This document shows, piece after piece, positions 1 to 9,970 of a stretch of DNA of 44,220 nt. The DNA is taken from contig RBNJ01000071.1 in the NCBI GenBank assembly GCA_003990765.1, forward strand, positions 1-44,220, read 5' to 3'. The notes beneath the pieces were generated by a model. That model saw only the letters and a list, made by a program, of their open reading frames with translations. It searched no databases and was not told the DNA's origin. Numbering within the stretch: the stretch's first letter is position 1; each line of letters starts with the position of its first letter. The stretch comes from Jimgerdemannia flammicorona. Its lineage: Eukaryota. The position numbers and the translations under genes were made by a program.

Positions 1-306
1 GTAGATCTCGCTGGTCATGTTTGTGTGTTTGGAAGTTGTGGTTGTTGTTTGTTTTGGTTCTTTGATTCGACGCATCTCGGTGCTCAGTATATATGCATTT
101 GGTCCTGATTGGTAAGGTTCCATTTGTGTAGATCTTGTGTTCCGTGACTTCGTATTGACTCAGCTTTGTGCACTGTGACTTCGGTTTGACTCAGCTTCGT
201 GATCAGGCAGGTGATTTCTAGATTTGTTCGGAGGTCGCGTGTGATTTCAGTGGCTTGTCCAGAGGGTGACGTGTGATTTCGGTGGCTTGGAGGTTGTGCG
301 CTTACA
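1..306 (-). mobile_element. Edge of an LTR-like element (starts TGTAAG on the minus strand) with a TATA motif and the start of an ORF running off the window
   Basis: The minus strand begins TGTAAG at 306. Internal sub-repeats: gtgatttcRgtggcttg x2 and ttgactcagctt x2. TATATA at ~88-93. ATG at 18 reads MTSEIY. The TATA-to-ATG segment aligns by eye with 25365-25468 (MITEIY). Confidence 0.5.
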
Positions 307-619
307 ACAATAGTAGCCATTCAGCCGATGTCAATTGCCCATTCCATAACTGTCCTCGGTAGTACTGCGTCCACATCTGTTGATACAAGAATCAAAACGT
401 GTGAACAAGAGACCAAAGAGGCCAAGAAAGACAAATAGGCTAAGGGAATATATGAAGTATAATCTTGAAATAAGAGGCTTAAATATAAGAAATTATATAT
501 GTATTAGTTTTACCTTTGGCTTTATAATCTCTATCTGAATTTGGATTTTGCTCATAATGGTCCAATTCTCAATGATCTGCCACAATGTCAGACTGGTATA
601 CTTTTGTAGTCATTGTACA

Positions 620-3195
620 GAAGGGTTTGGAATGACATGTCCAAATCAGGAAGCCCAGCAAAGTCCCCGTTTTGAAGAAGATTGTCAGCATTAAGGTGAA
701 GTATTGGTGAAGGGGCCAAGGGTATTGTTTTGGATGCATTTTCTTTACCTAACACTTCAAATTCAGGTGTACCTATTCGATAAATGCAATCTTTTTTAGG
801 GTTGCGCTTGTACTCTGCCTGAATACGGTTTTAAGGACAAACTGCGCAGGAGGCCTGGCCATATAGAGAGACCTATGTATGGTATGAATAGTTCTGTTTG
901 CATGGTACTTTGTAAATTTCCCTTTACATATGGTTAGGAGTGCACTATTAATGAAATAAAAGCAGGCATGCAGCCGACTGACTCTACTGCAATGGTGAAA
1001 TCCCCCTACCGAGATTGTCTCTGCCAATTTCTCCATATTGTAAATGCAATCCACAGCTCTCCACACAGATTGAGGCAGCTACAGATACCCTTGAATCAAT
1101 GGTATATGCTTATTGTGTCCACAGTTAGCTCATAAACACTCAAGCGACATTCTGACCATCAAAACCTCTCCGCTGCAATCATTTTAATGAGATTCGGATT
1201 TTTACTGCACCGTGATTTACACTGATGAGATTTGTATATATATACTGCTAAATTTAAGCTACCATGGTTCCCACTGACAAGATGCCCATAAATGAGATCC
1301 TCTGCCAATAACCACTGAAACTGGTTAGTGGGTACCTCTCCATGATTTGTATTCTATATTGCCCTAGCAGTATACTATTATCATCATTCTGTACTTATTT
1401 GTCATTCATCGCTGTTTGTGCTTAGACGGCATTCAGTTTGTTACAGTAGTACCCATGGAAGAGGCCACAAAACATTTGAAATCACTTTTTGTACCATGGG
1501 CTCATCGGCATCATTGAATTTAACCCCTTATACCATAGGCACCTCAGTATTATTGAAATTATACCTTGCTACTGCTCAATTTCTAAGGACTGCTGAGAAA
1601 GTCCTGAATCCTGTTTGGTACAGAATGCAAACTTTAGTCTTATTCAAATTTCGGTTGAATACTTTTTACTCATATCTTGGGGAACTCAAATTTGCACCCA
1701 ATAATTGTGGGAATTTCAGAGACTGGAGCTCTATTGGCACATATGTAAATCTGTTGATGCACTCATTATTTGTATGCACAATTGCATGGTACATTTTAAA
1801 CAAACTGCATTATGCATCAAGCACATAGCCAGGATTCTGCCCTTGTGTGTGCAGAGATGTCCATCCTGTATTACCATCATGCTGGATGTCAATGGCTTGT
1901 TTGGTTTCTGATATTGAAGAAAAAGCTATGGCCTTGTATCTATACTCAGTGTCATTGTCTTTGAAATTCTGGAATGTATTTCTTATCAGAGTGCACATCC
2001 TATCTCCTTCTTCGAGTAGATTGACAGAGAGAGAGTAGGGGGTATATTTATAACAAATAGGCTCCCAACATTTGCACATAGTGGGGATGGTCACTATACA
2101 ATGTCAGGAATCCTGACAACAATCCTTCCAGATTAAAGCCTCAAAATGCTTTGAACTCCCTGGTTACTATAGATAAGGCCTGTTATTATTAGGAGATATA
2201 TTGGGTGGGATCAGTTAGCTTAATGTCTGTTCATGAACTTACAGAATAGTTGTCGCGTTTTCTGTGAGGAAGTCAGGTGATGAATATGCTCTCATGTGTT
2301 CTGTTTGTGGTCAGGTGATGAACTTTTGGGACATAGGGTCATATGCAGTAGCTTTTCTTAGTTTATCTTAAAACCAAACTAGAACCTTAGAGGTCTAAAA
2401 AAACCCCACTGAATCTTTATTTCAGGTCTTGTTTTGTGGTTGGAGAAGGGGACTTGGTCGTGTTTTTTTGCTCCTTTTTATTTTCGGAGATACATTTTCT
2501 ATGATATGAGGTGGTCACATGATGTTACTTATTTATCGTTTTCGTCAATTTCATTTTCTTCCAAAAAGGTGGCGACAACTTCTTGGCGAATCCTTTCGAT
2601 CACCAGTAAGCCCGCGTCTAGTATTTCATTAACTGAATTCCATGGAGGGCGCGAATATTGGGTCACTTCTTTCCTTAAAGAAAGCGTTTGTATTGCGGGC
2701 CATCGCGGTTTCCTCGGGCCCCAGCGTATCCGACCGACTTGGCCTTTTTAGCAGTGGCTTTTCTTTGTCTACCATTAGCAATGCCTACTATCTCGTCTTC
2801 GTACTGGTGCCAACCTTGCGCCAGTAGACGAGGACCTCATTCGTATATATATCTTTTGGCCTTCTTTTCACAATAAATTGCGTTGAAGAAGAGGTACTTG
2901 ACGTCTGGCTTGGGGTGTTGGATCGGGACTTGGAGAAAGGGGACGTAATCATTGCCAGTTGGATGGCGCGGGAGACGTCATGAATCTGCGAGGTCCTGAC
3001 TTCAGATAGTCCAATCTCGTTTCGGCGGGGACAGAATCAGCCACGTTCTTGAGCATCATCTTGGGGTGGTCTTTCAACTACCTAGTCGATGACCAGCCTG
3101 ATCATTCTTCCGATGATTGTGCACCTTGGCCATTACAAACCTTTCACATGTGATGTCATACTCATGAGGCTTGAGAAGCCTCACAAGTATTTTGG
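620..3195 (-). repeat. Copy 1 of a ~2.6 kb direct duplication; decayed, unidentified coding module
   Basis: Colinear with 7255-9970. Examples: gggtttggaatgacatgtccaaatc vs gggtttggattgacgtgtccaaatc, and near identity of 2880-3145 with 9670-9935. Minus-strand peptide remnants are shared (PICYKYTPY, LIRNTFQNFKDND, LKKIAFI). Confidence 0.9.
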
Positions 3196-3399
3196 TTACA
3201 ATGTCAATATATCACCTAATAGCATCCATATTAAAACCTCTGGGCTTTTTCGCTTTTGCAGGGTTGTCAGACTTTAAACAGTTGCAATTAGCCAATATCA
3301 ATATTACACATTACAATAATGGATTTATATGAGAAGTTGTTGAGAAGGTATTTGGAAATTTCAGCATCATTATTTATAGATTTGAATTCAATTGTATTT

Positions 3400-3401
<2 letters not shown>

Positions 3402-3467
<66 letters not shown>
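3402..3467. repeat. Poly(T) tract (~66 nt)
   Basis: Directly visible homopolymer. Confidence 0.95.
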
Positions 3468-3469
<2 letters not shown>

Positions 3470-5641
3470 AAAAGTATTGTTTTTTTGCGTTATCTACGTG
3501 CTCCCAGTACACTTCACGCTCACACGATGATGTAAGCGCATCGCGGCATTAGCTAATGGCCTTATACAGTGACGTACGCCCATGTTTCGCGCGAGCCACG
3601 CGATCCATTGCAAGAACTCCTCGCAAACCGCCCTTCCGCCTTCTTTTCATGCTTTTATTATGATTTTGTTCATTATTTTTTTCCATCGTTCGCGCTTACA
3701 CGAATTTCCGTAGACAAATACCTATATTTGATCTTTTATTTTTACACAGCCCCCTCCCTTTCCCTTACGTGCCAGGTGCGGTACTGGCCACTCGCATCGG
3801 TCACGACCGGACCACTTCTTTGGTCTATTCTCCCACAGGAACCCCACCAAGGAGCAACCATGGGTCCAATGTGACGATGTCCAATCGGCAGAGTGAGTTG
3901 CAGTATCCCTCCCGATGTGTCAGCGTGTGGGGTCAAGCGGACTGGGTCACCTCGCATGATGCTCTAAATTACCGTTACCTGGGCCGGGTGAGTCAAGTGG
4001 TCGAGTGACAAATGCTGCAGCAACATTCCCTCGGGAATCCTTCGAAAGATACGGATAGTGTTCGGACAATACGAATCATTCCCACACACATTATGATCGG
4101 CGGGGTCTGTAGGGGGGTAATTTAGATGGGTGGACTTAGGAAGGTGACGCGCTATAAGATACATGGTAGTCGACTTCGGGGCAACACCAAGATGGTTGCA
4201 TATATTTCCTATTTTTTTTTTTTTTTTTTTTTTTGTTTTTTTTTTTCAAAAAAAAGGGTTAGATATCGCAGATTGTATGCTACTTTGTTATCACATGTTG
4301 TTAAGTTGGAGTCCGTGAAATGAATTTATTATAATTATATATTAACACTGACGGACATCATGTCCGCGACGCTTGGCACTACAAATTGTGTCACAAACTA
4401 CATTTCAACTCTACCAGGGCTAAGTCGATTGGAGTTCGCAGCGCCATGTGATAAGAAAGGTGGATGGCCCAGCACTACAACATCCTCACCGCCCACTTCC
4501 GGGTATTGATATGATTGAGGAACAAACACGTCTAAACGTCGTCGTCGTCGCTGCTACCTTGAAACTTCGATCGCGACTGAATGCCATCTGGAAATATGAC
4601 CAAATCTATTGAACTGCTAAGCGAAAATCGCAAACCCCCTGCTCACTGATACCTTCAATAGTAAACACGAAAAGGCTGTGTCACACGATTTGTCTTACGT
4701 CTTTGGCAAGCTCTTAAAGGCATCAACTAGTAGAAAATGGACGCCCGAGACAAAAACCAATGCCAAGGCCGATATTGCTTGAAGAGTTCGAAAAATGTCC
4801 AGGGAACCGACTATAACCAGGCTGGAATGGCTTTTTTTTAAGCCTAGGACAGAAATAACTTTCGAAGTGTCTTAGTTCTTCATTATAATATAATTTTATT
4901 ATTCTATGTGATGCAGCCATATTATAACATGTGATTTTTCTATTTCTACGCCCTCAAATGTCGTCACACTTCTGGTGGATGTATGATGCGCCGATCAGTG
5001 CTTTGGAAAACAGCGATCGCCGAGACACGATACACGATACACCGAACAGTCAGTGTGTTGTACAAGTAGTTATAAAAAAATTTCTATCTTGGGGTCGCAC
5101 ATATTAGTTATCACAATGGTGAATATGTTTCCCATATGAAGTGCATTAAATATAGACCAAATTGACTCTTGTAGGCCACGCTCAACCCAAAATTGCATTA
5201 GAATTGACAAATGTATATATGTAGTTCCAAGTGGACTGCGGAACACTTTTCAACCGCTTCGTTTCAGGCGTGGCCTGCGAACTCTTTTTTCTTTGCAAAG
5301 TCGAATATTAGTACGCACTACTTCTCGGCCAGAGCGGTTCTGGCGGGAACATAGTTAAAGAAATGGTGGCGCTTTCCAAAATCAGAAAAATCCGCCTCAG
5401 AGAATTGTTAGCTCGATGCATGCATATAAATAGCCACTCATGCATTCAAATATAGAAAAATGGTGGGTGGCCTGTCGTGCAATCACGGTTGACCGCATGC
5501 CATCCTCACAATATAATTAAGAAGGTGTATTATTTGTGATAAAATTATAAATGTGTATATTTTTAATTAAAATTAAAATGCGTATTATTTAAATCATGCT
5601 AAGAAAGTTCCTGATCAAAGCACCCAGAAATAACAATGCAA

Positions 5642-5704
<63 letters not shown>

Positions 5705-5783
5705 AGTTCTTAATGGGCTCTTGCAGATATACCAAAAGCAAGTCGAGCTAGCCTCCAGACGCGCCATCCACCCAAATGCCGTG

Positions 5784-5790
5784 TATAAAA
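5784..5790 (+). promoter_or_regulatory. Putative TATA box of the secreted-protein gene
   Basis: TATAAAA ~90 nt upstream of ATG 5877, followed by a C/A-rich leader and a good initiation context (CACCATGA). Confidence 0.55.
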
Positions 5791-5876
5791 GCACACATCC
5801 TCAGCACTCATTAACCGACACCCTCATCAGCCCACATCCCAATCTCATACCCTCACCTCCTCTCCTCTCCATCACC

Positions 5877-6356
5877 ATGAAGCCTTCCAACACCCTCGTC
5901 CTCCTCATCCTCCTGGCGATGCTCGCCACCGTTGTCATGCCCACCCCAATCCCCATCCCCCACGGGAACAATGCCGGCCTCCAACGCAGAGGACACGAAG
6001 AGAGAACCCCTACGAAAGGCAAAGGGAAGAGGACGAGGAAGGGGAAGAAGCCTCATCATCCGTCCAGGAAGCACCACCATGATTCCGACGAGTCATGCCA
6101 CTCCTCCGACTCCGACCACTGGAGACCCCGTTTCTCTGATTGCGACTCGTCCGACCATGACACAACAGATTGCGAGACCGACCGCCGCACCACAGATTGC
6201 GAGACCGATCGCCACACAACCGATTGCGAGACCGACCGCCACACAACCGATTGCGAGACCGACTGCCATACAACCGATTGCGAGACCGACCGTCACACAA
6301 CTGATTGCGAGACCGACCGCCACACAACTGATTGCGAGTCCGATCGTGATTGGTAG
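5877..6356 (+). CDS. Small secreted tandem-repeat protein, 159 aa (effector-like)
   Basis: True start is probably ATG 5877 (CACCATG). MKPSNTLVLLILLAMLATVVMP is signal-peptide-like. LQRR is a Kex2-type dibasic site. KGKGKRTRKGKK is a basic patch, followed by a His/Asp/Ser-rich segment and 7x TTDCETDR[H/R]. The frame is open, CpG is retained, and repeat variation is mostly at third codon positions. Confidence 0.85.
   Translation: MKPSNTLVLLILLAMLATVVMPTPIPIPHGNNAGLQRRGHEERTPTKGKGKRTRKGKKPHHPSRKHHHDSDESCHSSDSDHWRPRFSDCDSSDHDTTDCETDRRTTDCETDRHTTDCETDRHTTDCETDCHTTDCETDRHTTDCETDRHTTDCESDRDW
6162..6347 (+). repeat. 27-bp coding tandem repeat x7
   Basis: Unit ~ACAACCGATTGCGAGACCGACCGCCAC, encoding TTDCETDRH. 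Confidence 0.95.
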
Positions 6357-7254
6357 TCCGATCATCACCGTGAAATTGATTGCACTTGAACCCAACAAAC
6401 GTGCGATGGCCAACGTTGATGCGTATGAGCGAGCTTTTCAAGGTTTTAGTTAGCATGTTTTTTCATTGCGACAGGTGTAAATTGTATCAATAACGACATC
6501 AAATCTACGAGGTTTTTTTCTTTTCTTTTCTTTTCGGGGGCTATAAGCTACCTTCGCCTTTGTAAATTCTGACAATAAATGCAATGAAAGCTAAAAATGT
6601 GGAATCAGCAGTGTCGTATTTATCTCGTTGCTCAGGTGAGTTCGATCGGCATTTCCGCCAGCGAAATTAGCAGACAGTATTATCATAACTGTATAGTCCG
6701 CCAAAATCACGGCTCAGAATAAAAATACAAACACAAATCAGCATGTAATTAAAATGGTTTATGTTTCTCTACCAGATGCATAATTCGGGCAATTGAATTT
6801 ACCTTTCATTTTATTTTATTTGCATTCGCGAATAGAATTATAATGCATTTTGAATACTTGATAAATTACGCTTCTCAATGCTTAGACCGTCTGAAATCTT
6901 GAAGCACAGAGTCCTTGCTTGACCCGACCCTATCCGAAGAGGATGACAAGAAAAACTTCTCATAAATACTTATCTCAAATGCCGCAGAAATATGATGTCG
7001 TCGTCGCTGTCTCCCTGGCTCTTGAGTTTACTACCGTACCTCTTGTAGGCGTCCCAGACAAAATATTGCTGCTTCGTGTCGACGCATCTTCGGACTTTTG
7101 TGAACTTAGTCTCATTCGAACCGTCTTCATCACGATTTTATTTATTTATTTATTTATGGGTATCTGCTCTGAACGCCCGGATACAACCAGATATCCTTTG
7201 AAAAAATATGATTGCAGAAGGATATATCTAAACAAATATATTATATCAGACTTA

Positions 7255-9970
7255 CATAGGGTTTGGATTGACGTGTCCAAATCGGGGAGCCCGCGCAGAG
7301 TCACCGTTTTGGAGAAGATTGGCGAAGAGGCCAAGGGTATCGTTTTGAAGGACATCGGCGAGGTGCTCTTTACCTAGCACTTCAAATTCAGGCACACCTG
7401 TTTGATAAACGCGATCTTTTTTAGGGTTGTGCTCGCACTCGGCCTGACTACATTGAAGGACCAGCTGCACATTAGGCCTGGCCACGTAGAGAGACCTGCG
7501 TTCAGATGTGTAGTTCCGTTTGCGTGATCCTTTCTAAGTTGCCCTTCACCCATGTTATGAATAAAGGCAGTTTGAATTTCTTTCATGCCCACGGCATACA
7601 CTCGGCTGACTATACTGTAATAACCTACCGCAACGACGAAACCCCCCCACGAAGATTTTCTCTGGCAATTTCTCCCTGCTGTAAAGGCACTCCACAGTTC
7701 TGCACGGATCAGGTCAGCCACAAATGCCCGTGAGTCAATGCTGTTGCCAACAGGTAGCTCGGTCATAAACACCTTAGCAGCATTCTGACCATCAAAGCAC
7801 CTCTGCGATCATTCAATGAGATTCGGATTTGTACTGCCAATCTCCGCCGCCGTGATTTACACTGACGATATTCGTACTGCCAAGTTTATGCTACCATGGT
7901 ACCCACTGACGAGATGCCCATAAATTACACCTCTCTGCTGATAAATGCTGAAATCACTTCGTGGGTACCTCGCAATGGTTGGTATTCTAGGTTTCCCCAT
8001 ACAGAGCTCTATAATCACCATTCTGTACTTAGTGTCATTCATCGCTTAATCGTTGTTATTGTTTTGTGCTTCGTCCTCACCGTCATTATCGCTGGTCTGC
8101 ACTTCGTCGTCATCGTCATTCTGTACCTAGGTGTCGGTCATCACCGTTCTGCGCTTAGTCGTCATTCATCATTGTTTTGTGCTTAGTCGTCATTCAGTTT
8201 GTTATAGTAGAGCCAACGGAAGAGGCCACGAAACACTTGAAATCAACCGCCTGCACCGCGGGCTCATCGGCATCATTGAATTTAACCCCTTGTACCGTGG
8301 GCACCTCGGCATTATTGAAGTCACCTTGCTAAAGCTTGATTTCTAAGGATGTCCTGGATCCCGTTTGGTACAGAATGCAAACTTTAACCTTTTTTGACTT
8401 TGTCGTTCTCTCTCGCCAAATTTCGACCAAATATATTTTACTCGTACCTTGGAGGACTCAAATCTGTGTCCAATAGTTGCGGAAGTTTCGGAGGTGGGAA
8501 CTCCACTGGCACGTATGATCTGTCGATGCACTCGTTATTTGTAAAACAAACTGCATTATGCATCAAGTACATTGCCAGTATTCACCCTTGTGTGCGCAGA
8601 GAGGTCCCTCACATTACCACTATGCTGGGTGTCAACGGCTCGTTCGGTTTCTCCAAAATCCGTGATACCCATTGCTTCGAAGAACAGGTAATGGTCTTAG
8701 TCAATGTCGTTATCCTTGAAATTCTGGAACGTATTTCTTATCAGGGTGTACATCCTTTTTCCTTCTCTGAGTAGGTCGATGGAGAGAGAGAAGTAGGGGG
8801 TGTATTTATAACAAATAGGTGTGTGGTGATGGTCACAATACAATGTCAGGAATTCTGACAACGATCCTTCCAGATTAAAGTCTCGAAAGGCTTCGAACTC
8901 CTTGGTTGCCGTGGATAAGGCCTGTAGTTGTTGGAGGTTGTATTGGATGGGATCGGCTAGCTTAATATCTGTTGATGAACTTATGATGGGCATGTGTTCA
9001 GGTGATGCTCCTAACGTATATACGTAGTGGTCACGTGCTATGTAGGTCTGTGTGGTCAGGTGATAAACCTTCGCGACATAGGGAAACTTTTCTCGAACTC
9101 AACTAGCGCCTATTCTTCATCCGCTTCTGACTATGATGAACCTTAGAGGTATAAGCCAAACCCACTAAATTCTTATTTCAAGTCTTGTTTTGTGGTTTGG
9201 AGTAGGGGAACTTGGTCATGACTTTTTGCTCTTTTTATTTTGGGGAACTACTGCTTATACATTTTCTTGATTACTTGTTATACGATGTAGGGTGACCACG
9301 AGATGTTACTTATTTATCGTTTTCGTCAAGTTCATTTTCTTACAAGAAGGTGGCGCCGACTCCTTTCGATCAAGTAAGCCTGCGTCTTGTATTTGTAATA
9401 ACTGAATTACATGGAGGGTGCGGATTTCGGGTCACTTCTTTCCTCGAGGAAAGCGTTTTTATTACGGGTCATCGCGGTTTCCTTTTCCCATGTCCTCGGT
9501 GCCCCAGCATATCCGACCGACTTGGCCTTTTTAGCAGCGGCTTTTCTTTGTCTGTCATTAGTGATGCCCACTATCTCGTCTTCGTACTGGTGAAATTTTT
9601 CGCCAACCTTGCGCCAGTAGACGAGGACCTCGTTCGTATATGTGTCGACCTTCTTTTCACAATAAATTACGTTGAAGAAGAGGTACTTGACGTCTGGTTC
9701 GGGGTGTTGGCTCGGGACTTGGAGGAAGGGGACGTAATCATTGCCAGTCGGATGGCGCGGAAGACGTCATGAATCTGCGATGTCCTGACTTCAGATAGTC
9801 CAATCTCGTTTCGGCGGGGACAGAATCAGCCACGTTCTTGAGCATCATCTTGGGGTGGTCTTTCAACTGCCTAGTCGATGACCAGCCTGATCATTCTTCC
9901 GATGATCGTGCACCTTGGCCATTACAAACCTCTCACATATCCATGAAGCTTGAGAAGTTTCACAGGTATT
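7255..9970 (-). repeat. Copy 2 of the ~2.6 kb direct duplication (better CpG retention)
   Basis: Colinear with 620-3195. Has an expanded acidic-coding internal repeat at ~8020-8200 (minus strand VQNDDDDEVQTSDNDGEDEAQNNNND). Homology ends where the LINE 3' end begins. Confidence 0.9.

Noticed and set aside
4250-4265. CTAACCCT on the minus strand as a telomerase RNA template
   Set aside because: An 8-nt match beside homopolymers with no supporting structure; expected by chance.
5721-5876. Upstream 52-codon extension of the secreted protein in the ORF track
   Set aside because: It starts at TTG and spans the TATA box. ATG 5877 has good context and begins the signal peptide.
6162-6347. CRISPR-like appearance of the 27-bp repeats
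   Set aside because: Contiguous units with no unique spacers, in frame within a eukaryotic CDS, and no cas genes.
5932-6456. Overlapping alternative-frame and antisense ORFs over the repeat gene
   Set aside because: Shadow ORFs of the GC-rich tandem repeat.
620-9970. The 2.6 kb direct repeats as LTRs of one retroelement
   Set aside because: No TG..CA ends, PBS, PPT, TSD or gag-pol between them, and the repeats look like decayed coding sequence.
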